Assembly (NCBI GenBank): GCA_965140415.1
Contig: OZ223209.1
Coordinates: 2,720,001-2,784,000 of the forward strand
Source: Myxococcota bacterium
GTDB lineage: Bacteria; Myxococcota_A; SURF-8
Reading direction: 5' to 3'
Length of the DNA: 64,000 nt
A program made the position numbers and the translations under genes. The notes under the pieces were generated by a model that worked only from the letters and a program-made list of their open reading frames with translations, was not told the origin of the DNA and ran no database searches. Shown one piece after another: positions 10,564 through 19,139 of this stretch; the stretch's first letter is position 1, and the number at the start of each line of letters is the position of its first letter.

Positions 10564-12717
10564 CTATGGTAGTTTCCATAAATACAAATTCGGCATCGTA
10601 CCGCCGCCTAAAAGAATCCGTTTTTCTTGATGGTAGGCCAAGGTGTACATGGTGCCTTTCGGTACTTTCCACCAAGAAACCGGTGAGGCAGTTGATAAAT
10701 CCCAGAGCCTAACTCCCCTTTTTTTGCCGGTTTCTGCAAGCAGATTTCCACTGATGAATGTAATGGCAGATACAGGATTGGGATATCCTTCCAATTTTGT
10801 TTTACTCTGCCCCGTCATGGCTTCGTAAATCATTATCTGTCCCGAATCACTTCCCACGGCCACCCATTTTGAATTCGGTGAAAACGCAATGGCGGTCAGC
10901 GACGATTTGTTTTTTATCGTGTGCAATTTCTCCGCACGCGGTCCTCCCCAGATTATCAATCTGCCATCGGAACCGACGGAAGCCAATAGTTCTCCGTCTG
11001 GAGAGAAAGCAAGTTTATTAACAAATCCGCGATGCCCTTTTAAAACGGACAACAAACTTCCATCGGATAAATTCCACAGGCGAATAGTTTCATCCATACT
11101 TCCACTTGCCAGGATTCGGCCATCGGGAGAATAGGCAAGGGAATTTACGTCTCGTTTGTGGCCTTGGAGTTTGAAAATTGTACGTCCATCTTTGATTCTT
11201 GAAATGAGAATGGTTTTATCATAGCCACCGGACGCTATCTGCTTGTCGTTCGGAGAGAAGGCCACGGAAGAGACTGCTCCAAGATGAAAAGGGATATCGA
11301 CACGGATTTCAAAAGTGTCGATGCTGCGAACGTGCACTCCGCCGCGTAAACACAGAACATCGGAATAGTCTGCACAGCCCCCCTCTATAAACAGGTCTCC
11401 GCCGGAAGAAAAATCAAGAGCTTGGATACCACTGTCAAACGTTTTGATTTCGACGGGCTTGAGGTCGGAGAAAGAATCTCCCTGATTCAGTAACTTAAGA
11501 GAATGTTTCTCGTGATCGATACTTTTTAAAAGTTTTTCGGCTTGCAGGCGATGCCGATTTTCGAGATGGAAATCCTCTAAAAAATTGGCGACGCTTTCCC
11601 GCCGCTTGGATGCCGGTACGGCCTCCATTCGAGCGACTTTGTATACCGTACTCCAGGCATCTTCCAGTTTTTCCAGATATTGTTTGTGCTCTTCAGCATC
11701 TTCCTTTTTCTGAATTTCGATTTTCTCTGCATCCTTTAACAGGGCTCCATAGGCTTTCATGTCGGGAGTCCGGTAACCGTTTCCGGCTGAGTTCTCCGGC
11801 CTGGACGCCAATCGAAAAACAATCTGACCCGATCCGTACATAACCCCGAAATCAGGCGTTTGCAGACGATTTCTGGCACCTACATTCTGCTCGGTATACA
11901 TACCGATTTCCTTGAAAGTGACAAAACCGTCACCGTTATAATCCGCATTGCCTTGAAGTGCCTTCACCAGCACGGCCGTGAACAATCCGTCTATAACAGG
12001 TTGATCCTGCATTCCGGCCGTAATCCCGTATACTCCCCGTTTTCTGAGATAGTCTTCGATAAGGCCATCCGCGATTCCGGCCCTCGTCAACAACGTCCCT
12101 GAAAAGCAGGAATCCAGAATCACTAGGACGTGCTTGGCCTGGCAGTGGTTGAGGATCTCCTCTCGAAGTTGATTGACGGAAATATAATTGGAGATATCAC
12201 CGGATTTTCCTTCAACCGGAACGAGATAACCGGCAGCTGTGGCATCCCATTTCGATTTTTTAGTAAATCCGTGTCCAGAGTAGTAGACAACGAAGCGGCC
12301 ATGCCTGTCGGTCTTGGCTGCCATTTTTCTAAGCGTTTGAATAATGCCCTGGAACGTTGCCTGTTTGTTGAACAGTGTATGCACCGTGAAATCATGCTGT
12401 TCAAGCACGGTTACCATTCGTTTTGCGTCAGCAACAGCCTCCCCAAGTCGGCTCCAGCCATGCGAATAGTCATCGATTCCTATAACAAGGGCATGGCTGG
12501 CGGCATACCAGCCGTTAAGTCGTTTGTTACCGCTTTCTCTTACTCCGATACCGCGCTGTCTGATCCCATCGGATTGAGCCAGGTTTGACATCGGTGCGGC
12601 AAGGATCAGTAATCCAAGGCCGATTGAAGCCAACCAGTGAAAACAAATACTCCATCGAAAGGAAATCGCTGGTCCTTCCCCGTGTAAGAATATTTTGATT
12701 TTTGATTGCCGCCCCAT
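10564..12717 (-). CDS. Caspase-like (peptidase C14) protein with C-terminal WD40 repeats
   Basis: HALVIGIDDY, YSGHG (His), LDSCFSG (Cys); repeated GH...LAFSPDG...IRLW units; N-terminal hydrophobic segment. Confidence 0.92.
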   Translation of the reverse strand: MGRQSKIKIFLHGEGPAISFRWSICFHWLASIGLGLLILAAPMSNLAQSDGIRQRGIGVRESGNKRLNGWYAASHALVIGIDDYSHGWSRLGEAVADAKRMVTVLEQHDFTVHTLFNKQATFQGIIQTLRKMAAKTDRHGRFVVYYSGHGFTKKSKWDATAAGYLVPVEGKSGDISNYISVNQLREEILNHCQAKHVLVILDSCFSGTLLTRAGIADGLIEDYLRKRGVYGITAGMQDQPVIDGLFTAVLVKALQGNADYNGDGFVTFKEIGMYTEQNVGARNRLQTPDFGVMYGSGQIVFRLASRPENSAGNGYRTPDMKAYGALLKDAEKIEIQKKEDAEEHKQYLEKLEDAWSTVYKVARMEAVPASKRRESVANFLEDFHLENRHRLQAEKLLKSIDHEKHSLKLLNQGDSFSDLKPVEIKTFDSGIQALDFSSGGDLFIEGGCADYSDVLCLRGGVHVRSIDTFEIRVDIPFHLGAVSSVAFSPNDKQIASGGYDKTILISRIKDGRTIFKLQGHKRDVNSLAYSPDGRILASGSMDETIRLWNLSDGSLLSVLKGHRGFVNKLAFSPDGELLASVGSDGRLIIWGGPRAEKLHTIKNKSSLTAIAFSPNSKWVAVGSDSGQIMIYEAMTGQSKTKLEGYPNPVSAITFISGNLLAETGKKRGVRLWDLSTASPVSWWKVPKGTMYTLAYHQEKRILLGGGTMPNLYLWKLP

Positions 12718-12725
12718 AACGATTC

Positions 12726-14177
12726 TTACCGATGCTTGATCTGGAATTCAAACGCGGCTTGCCCAAGCCCCTCCAACGTTTGTTTTCCCAAGCTATTACT
12801 CGAGGAGGCCGCATTGACCACCATCGTCAGTTTCCGGCGAATGCCTATCCCGCGCGTCAATACAGCGACGGCCTGTTCCTGAGTGCCGGAGCCTGTTTTG
12901 CCGACTTCGTTCAGCGTCGTCTCAATGGCGATGCTCCTATTCGGCTGAACGAAGAAAAGCAAACGCTCGAGACCGGGTTTGTCATCCAGATAAAATTCCC
13001 GACTCTGACCAGTGGGAATCCGTATCCGTCCCTTGACCGGATTCTCCGTTCCTGTCAATTCTGCCGGATAAATCCTCGAAATCATGTTCGAGGAATCCAC
13101 CAGAACAATATAGAGGAAGGATTTTTGCGGGACATTCACCTCAAGGCGAAACCCTTGTCCGCTATTTAGGGAATTACCGCTATTCAGGCTTCTATCACCG
13201 GAAAAAACTCCGAGTTGAATCTGAATCGGCTGACCGTCGTTTTTCGCCTGGATTCCGGCCAATCCCTCTTGATACATCGGGAGATCTGTGTTGTTGATTG
13301 ATTGGTGCGGCATCTCGTTATTGATGTTTACCAGAGTCGCAAAGCGATCGAAAATCATCGCCCTCTTTTTAATGTAAGATTCGGAATCTATCTTTCCTGT
13401 TTTATGCAACATACACAAAATCATCGACTCGCGGAAATAGGCCTCGACGGTGTCTGAAAAATAACGGGTAGCCGGACTGGATTCATCTTTGATGTTCAGT
13501 AAGGTTCTCGCTTCATCTTCGTTATAACTCTTGCCATCGATTTCCAGTTCTCTCCGACATTCAGCCTTCATGGCGGACTTTATTGCTTCAATACTGGCCG
13601 CCGGGTGATCGGGGGGAAGTTCTTTACCGAAAAGTTTGGCAACGCTTTTAGGTACGAGCCTGAGAACAAGGCCGAGATCCCCTTCGACCTCCGTAAAGGA
13701 TCGACCAATGGTAACACCGCTACGCGCATTGATATGACTTAAACTCAAAACATAAAAAGGTTCGATTCGATCCAGATGGCCAGTGATAATTTCGGGAATG
13801 CCATAAGCCGCGCTTATCTCGGCGAGGAAGCCGGAATCGTCACTTCCACATTGTTGACGCTTCTCCGCTACATTGACCACTTTCGCCAGATCATATTCCG
13901 TGACGATTTTTTTATCGGTAGCAGCATCGATTTCAGCGCTAATGCGACTTGAAATGGCGTTCAATTGCTTTGCGTCGATACCGGAATCACCTTCCAGTTT
14001 CATAATGAGGATTTTATCGTTTGAGTTCGAATTTATTTCGGCATATGCTGTTTCAATCATCAATGCAAAAAGCAGCAAAGCGGTGCAGCCGATGGGCAGC
14101 GCCTGAATCAGGCCCGTAAGAACTCTACAACATATAGGTTTCATGTTATAATCCCTTTTTTGCCAGTCAACGTGCAT
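12726..14177 (-). CDS. Secreted protein with TolB-N-like N-terminal region and DUF4384-like C-terminal domain
   Basis: Signal peptide (AYA); GFRLEV...FLYIVLVDS...IYP...IRIP...FYLDDKPGLERL. Confidence 0.7.
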   Translation of the reverse strand: MHVDWQKRDYNMKPICCRVLTGLIQALPIGCTALLLFALMIETAYAEINSNSNDKILIMKLEGDSGIDAKQLNAISSRISAEIDAATDKKIVTEYDLAKVVNVAEKRQQCGSDDSGFLAEISAAYGIPEIITGHLDRIEPFYVLSLSHINARSGVTIGRSFTEVEGDLGLVLRLVPKSVAKLFGKELPPDHPAASIEAIKSAMKAECRRELEIDGKSYNEDEARTLLNIKDESSPATRYFSDTVEAYFRESMILCMLHKTGKIDSESYIKKRAMIFDRFATLVNINNEMPHQSINNTDLPMYQEGLAGIQAKNDGQPIQIQLGVFSGDRSLNSGNSLNSGQGFRLEVNVPQKSFLYIVLVDSSNMISRIYPAELTGTENPVKGRIRIPTGQSREFYLDDKPGLERLLFFVQPNRSIAIETTLNEVGKTGSGTQEQAVAVLTRGIGIRRKLTMVVNAASSSNSLGKQTLEGLGQAAFEFQIKHR

Positions 14178-14406
14178 TGGGTCTTTTCTTGCTCTGTGAC
14201 GATAATTGAAAAATATCAGAAGTTTGTGCTCTTGTCAAAATAGGGCAGGCTATGCCATTTAAGCATCAACGTAGAGCGATTTCAAAATAGCCTACCTTAA
14301 ATGATGAATATTTAAATCCAATCCGCTCGATTCGGCAGGTCGCTGTGTTGTGTTTGCTCAATTGGATATCGAAACAAAGTTATTTATCACCGTTTTTAAC
14401 CAAAGG

Positions 14407-14743
14407 TGATCTTCCCCTCGAAAGAGGGACACCCACAAGTTGGGTGTCATGCGGCGGCCTCCAGTTTGCCTGACCAGTACGCCCGTTCGTAATCGACGGG
14501 GCTCATCTGGCCGCTTTCGCGGACGGCTTTTCTCCAGAGTGACAGGGTGTTGACCGAGATGCCCAATTCTTCCGCGATCACCCGCATGGGTTTGTCCGAT
14601 TCTTCCATCAACCGGACGGTCTGTAACTTGAATTCCCGGTAGTAGCGCTTCGCTTGCGGTGTCATGCTTTCTTCCTCCCTTATATTGAGTAGACATCCTA
14701 ACTTACCCAACTTGTGGGTGTCCACTCTTTCGGGGGAAGATCA
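14407..14743 (-). mobile_element. Internally deleted IS3-family mini-element (337 bp)
   Basis: ~38-bp terminal inverted repeats TGATCTTCCCC...ACCCACAAGTTGGGT; ORF joins the OrfA HTH (KRYYREFKLQTV...LGISVNTLSLWRK) to an OrfB-like C-terminus (MSPVDYE...AA*). Confidence 0.85.
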
Positions 14744-15390
14744 GAATCGTTGCTGCGAGAGCTTCTCACGGGCGAGTACATCGGGAAACGGGAAAACGTG
14801 TTGCTGATGGGCAACAGCGGCACGGGAAAAACGCATCTGGCGACGGCCTTGGGCTTTGCAGCCTGCGCCCAGGGGAAGAAGGTCCGCTTCTTCACTCTCA
14901 CCAATTTGGTCACCGAGTTACTTGAAAAGCGGGAGGACCGGCAGCTGAAACGCTTTCTGATCCAGCTTGAAAAGCAGCATCTGTTGATTCTGGATGAGCT
15001 GTGTTACGTGCCGTTTTCGAAAGCGGGAGCGGAACTTTTATTTGAAGTCATCAGCCGAGCCTACGAGCGTCAGAGCGTGATGGTGACAACGAATCTCTCC
15101 TTCGAAAACTGGGTGGAGATCCTCGAAATGAACGCTTGACAGGAGCCCTGCTGGATCGGCTGACCCATCGGGTCCACATCCTGGAGGCCAATGGTGAAAG
15201 TTTCAGGCTGAAAGAGGCGAAACGGCGAAAAAAAACGAACCAACGACAGGAAGAAGAAAGGAGACGATAGAAGCTAAAAAACGGAAGCCAAAAACCAAGG
15301 ATTGACTTCCCGCTCATGGCGGGATATTTTTGAACCCGGCTGCCGCACTTTTCGACCGATACCCGCCGCACTTTTTAAAAGAGATTTACA
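14744..15390 (+). pseudogene. istB: IS21-family istB fragment (5' truncated, frameshift near 15125) and IS21 right end
   Basis: GNSGTGKTHLA, LILDEL, TTNL; ALLDRLTHRVHILEANGESFRL continues in another frame; repeated GCCGCACTTTT boxes ending ...TACA at 15390. Confidence 0.85.
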
Positions 15391-15434
15391 ATGATCGGTC
15401 TGGCAGACGCGACGCTTTTTCCGGGGACTCCCGA

Positions 15435-15498
15435 TGTCGATTCACCGTCAACCTGACCTGTTTGAGAGACGGCTCTGTCTCCCGATTTGGGACCCCTA
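15435..15498. repeat. Conserved 64-bp module-end sequence, copy A (copy B at 34899-34962)
   Basis: Ungapped hand alignment gives about 56/64 identity; internal GAGAC-6-GTCTC palindrome. Confidence 0.85.
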
Positions 15499-16058
15499 GA
15501 GGTGCAGGTCCGCACCGTCCGTCACGATCCGCCATGGCTGCTTGTTCGAGGCGGACGGGCCGATGCGCACCATCTCAAGCACCTCGGCGTACTCCCCGGC
15601 TCTCTCACGGCTCAGCGGGTACGGAGCCCATAGCAACGCCAGCGGACGATGGGTGGAGGAGGAAATCTGCTCCGGCGAGCAGATCTGTCAAACACTCAGC
15701 CCCGCTGAAGCGGCCTGTCAATAACCCGGAAAACACCCCAAAAATTTCTGAAACGGCCGGATGCGGGAGCGCGTTCAATCCCGCCCGGTCTCGTTTCTTT
15801 TACCTGCCGACCGACAAGCATACTGTCGGATTTTCCCGATTTTCCGGAAATCGACCCAATTGGTAGTAGAGGGAGGCCCCGTTTCCAGGCCGAAATCGAA
15901 AATTCCATAGGCCTCGGGCTATACGAGTATCGGTGCCAGCATAAAAGATTGGGAAGTGCATCGGACACGGCGGGTAAAGAAGAAGGTTGGAACCTTCTTC
16001 CGCCGCGGGATGGATGCGGCTGGTGGGTATGAATGGTAGGATAGTCGGTGGGATATGC

Positions 16059-16169
16059 TCACTTCACTTTCTTCTTCAATCGCTTCGCCGCCTTGTCGAA
16101 CAGCTTGCCGGTCAAGATGGCCATGGCCTGCACGACAGCGGCCTTCAGAATGCGCGTGGTCTCCTTCAT
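16059..16169 (-). CDS. 36-aa cationic amphipathic peptide
   Basis: MKETTRILKAAVVQAMAILTGKLFDKAAKRLKKKVK; ATGA overlap with the upstream ORF stop; below the ORF-track cutoff. Confidence 0.55.
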   Translation of the reverse strand: MKETTRILKAAVVQAMAILTGKLFDKAAKRLKKKVK

Positions 16170-16456
16170 GCGTCGCGCTCGCTGTCCGCATCCCAGGTTT
16201 CAGGATCGGCGTTGTCCGTGAAGTCATCGTTCAGGTTGTCGATATCCTCGTTGGTCATGGTCAGGCGATCGAGCGCGTAGCCGACCAGGCCGCCGATGGC
16301 TCCGCCTGCTGCCGATCCGGCGGGTCCGGCTACAGCAGCGCCGACCGAGGCCAAGACCCCAGCGCCTATGGCGGCATGGCGATTCTCTCGGATGATGGCG
16401 AAAAGTCCCTTACGCGTTTCGTCCAGGTCCGTGTTCAGGTTGTCCAGGTTGTTCAT
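16166..16456 (-). CDS. Small glycine-zipper protein
   Basis: GAAVAGPAGSAAGGAIGGLVG; RBS GAAAGGA; 20 bp after the E1 stop. Confidence 0.7.
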   Translation of the reverse strand: MNNLDNLNTDLDETRKGLFAIIRENRHAAIGAGVLASVGAAVAGPAGSAAGGAIGGLVGYALDRLTMTNEDIDNLNDDFTDNADPETWDADSERDA

Positions 16457-16476
16457 TCGGGTTCCTTTCCGTCAGG

Positions 16477-17184
16477 TTATTCGACCGCCAGCCCGAAGGC
16501 CGAGCAGTCCACCATGATCTTGCGCAGGAGCGGCTGCCCCAGCGCGTGCTTCTTCACCAGGATGGCCACCAGCGCGCCGGTGAGCATCGAGTTATAGATC
16601 ACCGCCCGCGCCGTGCAGGGCAGCTGCATCGACTCCTCCGCCGGGTGCAGCATCTCCTCGTAAGCCTGCGCCCCCATCAGGTCGCCGTGCGATTTGGCGG
16701 TGTAAATCACGATGTACTCGCCGCCCTGTCGTGGGTCGATGATGGTGACAGGCCGGGCGCGGCTGCCCTGGGCCTTGGCCTGATGCCAGATCATCCGACG
16801 CGTGTCCATGCTGTCAACGCAGGAGATGACCAGGCGCTTGGGTTCATCGCGGCCAAGCATCTGATCGGTGTATCGCTGGCGGAACTGACCGGGCAGAAGC
16901 CCGGTGACACGGTAGATCTCGACACCCAGCGCCACTGCCTTGGATTGGCCCAAGTACTCAGCGCCGAAGACCTGATTCGGCTGGTTGTGAGGTTCGACCG
17001 TATCATCGTCGTAGATGTTGAGATCCGTACAGCCCATCTTGGCCAAGGCCAGCGCGGTGTAAGAACCGGAGGCTCCCGCGCCGATGATGGTGATGGGAAA
17101 ATCCAGCTTGTCGGGATGGATGATGTCCAGCTGACGGTGAAATTGGGTGTCGATGGTCGTGCGATCCATGTTGTTTCGGTCCAT
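16477..17184 (-). CDS. ThiF/E1-like adenylyltransferase, copy A
   Basis: IIGAGASGS, YDDDTVEPHNQPNQ, SCVDSMDTRR, candidate catalytic Cys in LPCTA; RBS GAAAGGAG. Confidence 0.92.
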   Translation of the reverse strand: MDRNNMDRTTIDTQFHRQLDIIHPDKLDFPITIIGAGASGSYTALALAKMGCTDLNIYDDDTVEPHNQPNQVFGAEYLGQSKAVALGVEIYRVTGLLPGQFRQRYTDQMLGRDEPKRLVISCVDSMDTRRMIWHQAKAQGSRARPVTIIDPRQGGEYIVIYTAKSHGDLMGAQAYEEMLHPAEESMQLPCTARAVIYNSMLTGALVAILVKKHALGQPLLRKIMVDCSAFGLAVE

Positions 17185-17277
17185 GGGGGCTCCTTTCTCC
17201 AATGGGTTGGTATTGTTCGGAATTCTTGTCACGGTTCCCATGCCATGCTAGGTTGAAGATCTTGCTTGGAGGGATAT

Positions 17278-18558
17278 ATGCGGACAATCACGAATCTTGT
17301 CTTTCTGCTGATGGGAGTGCTTATCGTATCGGGTTGTTCTGGTGGCTCGGACTCCTCCCCTGGCATAGATGGCGACTTCGATCATGAAAATGCGGAAGCG
17401 GCAGACGATGATACGGAATCAGAACCCGACGAGGAAGTTGTAATTGCCCCGGATCGCGCGGATCCACCAGAAACCGTGACCGTATTTGAGGCCGGTACGG
17501 ATGGGTATGCTTCTTTCCGTATCCCCGTGATTGTGGAAGCTCCTGATGGCTCCTTGCTGGCCTTTTGCGAAGGCCGGGTGAATTCGGAAGTGGACTGGGG
17601 CGATATCGACCTGGTCATGCGACGCAGTATGGATGGTGGAAGAACCTGGGGCGATCTGGTCGTACTTGGAGACGATGGCGAAAACATGGTCAACAACCCA
17701 TCGGCTGTTGTAGACCGGAGCAGCGGTACCGTTTTTCTGCTTCACACCCACGGGCTTGGGGGGGACGCAGAATTTATGATCCGCGAAGGCTGGTCCACCG
17801 GCACACGCACCGTCTGGCTCATAAAAAGTGAAGATAACGGCCTGACCTGGTCGGAGTCGATCGAAATTACCGAGAGCGTGAAGCCCGATACTTGGCGCTG
17901 GTATGCCGTGGGTCCGGTGCACGGCATTCAACTGATACGTGGACCGCATGCCGGTCGTTTATTGATCCCTTGCAATCACTCCACCGATGGTGGCGGGGGC
18001 AATGAATTCCTGGGCGCACATGCCATCTACAGCGACGATCATGGCCTGACATGGCAGTTGGGGGCTGTAGACAGCCAGGGTGAAGGGGAGATGAATCCCA
18101 GTGAGTCCACGGTCGTCGAACTGAACGATGGACGACTGTATTTCAACAGTCGGAACCAGGGCGGTGAAGGTGGTGCCAGCCGGGCAGTAACTTATAGCAG
18201 CGACGGGGGCGAAAGCTTTAATGGTCTATATGCCGGGGATGCGCAATTCATCTCGCCTGTTGTTCAGGGCTCGGTGCAGCGTTATGGCGCGATCGATCGG
18301 GGATACGAGCGCAATCACCTGCTCTTCTCCAGTCCCGGCCATCCAAGTGAACGGCGGGATCTGACCATACTCAGCAGCTTTGATGAGGGAGAAACCTGGG
18401 AATCACCTGCCGTCATTCACGAAGGACCGTCCGCGTATTCGGATCTTGTCGTCACGCAGGATCGTTGGATCGGTGTGCTGTACGAATCCGGCGAAGAAAA
18501 GACTTACGAACGTATCGTGTTCACCCGATTCGGAGTTGACTGGCTCCTCGACCAGTAG
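17278..18558 (+). CDS. Sialidase (GH33-like) lipoprotein
   Basis: FRIP motif; five Asp boxes (SMDGGRTW, SEDNGLTW, SDDHGLTW, SSDGGESF, SFDEGETW); SAYSDL; lipobox VSGC. Confidence 0.92.
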   Translation: MRTITNLVFLLMGVLIVSGCSGGSDSSPGIDGDFDHENAEAADDDTESEPDEEVVIAPDRADPPETVTVFEAGTDGYASFRIPVIVEAPDGSLLAFCEGRVNSEVDWGDIDLVMRRSMDGGRTWGDLVVLGDDGENMVNNPSAVVDRSSGTVFLLHTHGLGGDAEFMIREGWSTGTRTVWLIKSEDNGLTWSESIEITESVKPDTWRWYAVGPVHGIQLIRGPHAGRLLIPCNHSTDGGGGNEFLGAHAIYSDDHGLTWQLGAVDSQGEGEMNPSESTVVELNDGRLYFNSRNQGGEGGASRAVTYSSDGGESFNGLYAGDAQFISPVVQGSVQRYGAIDRGYERNHLLFSSPGHPSERRDLTILSSFDEGETWESPAVIHEGPSAYSDLVVTQDRWIGVLYESGEEKTYERIVFTRFGVDWLLDQ

Positions 18559-18591
18559 AAGGCATCGCTTTCATCCAACCTCACAAATCCT

Positions 18592-18945
18592 TCACTGTTG
18601 ACTGCGCGTGATCTCCGGGATCTGGGAGAGCGGTGTGGGGGTGAAGTGGATATCGCGTTCGATGGCCTGCAAACCGGGAATGCGCTGGCCGTTGATACGT
18701 GCTTCCAGGGATTCGAGTTCCTTCAGGCTGAAGTAACCGAGTTCGCCGCAGCCGGAGTGGATCTCGGCCCAACCAAAACAGGTGTCGCCGCCGTCATGGT
18801 CGAACTCGGTCAGGTACCAGACGCCGTTGGATGAATAGGCGCTGAAGAATCGCAAATGCGCGATGGCGTCCATGCCTTTGCCGTCCTGAGCGTACAAGGG
18901 CGGGATAGTCTTGCGGATGGACTGGGGGAGCAGTTTCTGTTTCAT
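18592..18945 (-). CDS. DUF2958 family protein, copy A
   Basis: IPPLYAQDG...RFF...WYLTE...FG...ELGYFSLKELES...IERDIHF. Confidence 0.85.
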   Translation of the reverse strand: MKQKLLPQSIRKTIPPLYAQDGKGMDAIAHLRFFSAYSSNGVWYLTEFDHDGGDTCFGWAEIHSGCGELGYFSLKELESLEARINGQRIPGLQAIERDIHFTPTPLSQIPEITRSQQ

Positions 18946-19043
18946 GGATTGACCTCCTTGTTTGGTGGAAAAAGGACGCACCGGTCCGGGCCATCCGGGG
19001 TGGATGGCTGGTAAGTGGCTGGGATGTAAGGGAAATTCAGGCT

Positions 19044-19139
19044 AGAATGCGCTGTCTTCTTCTATACTTATAGCATATCTGAGAGTGGTTTTTCAGATTT
19101 GGAAAAATGGAGTTTGTTACATCGCCAGAAGTGGTCACC
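19044..19139 (-). promoter_or_regulatory. Conserved 96-bp intergenic block upstream of DUF2958, copy A
   Basis: 94/96 identical to 38547-38642 by hand alignment; minus-strand TGCTATAAG extended -10-like box. Confidence 0.8.

Noticed and set aside
15330-15968. ORFs of 178 aa and 90 aa across the module end
   Set aside because: Low-complexity Arg/Pro/Ser composition, no RBS, and not conserved in the second module copy.
16477-17184. Housekeeping thiF/moeB for thiamine or molybdopterin synthesis
   Set aside because: No thi/moa genes nearby, no paired C-terminal CxxC zinc motifs, duplicated in an MGE that has Ubl/E2/JAB genes; no symbol assigned.
17185-18600. Integron cassette with attC sites around the cargo slot
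   Set aside because: No GTTRRRY/RYYYAAC-bounded palindromes at the junctions, and the integrase shows no obvious IntI-specific insertion.
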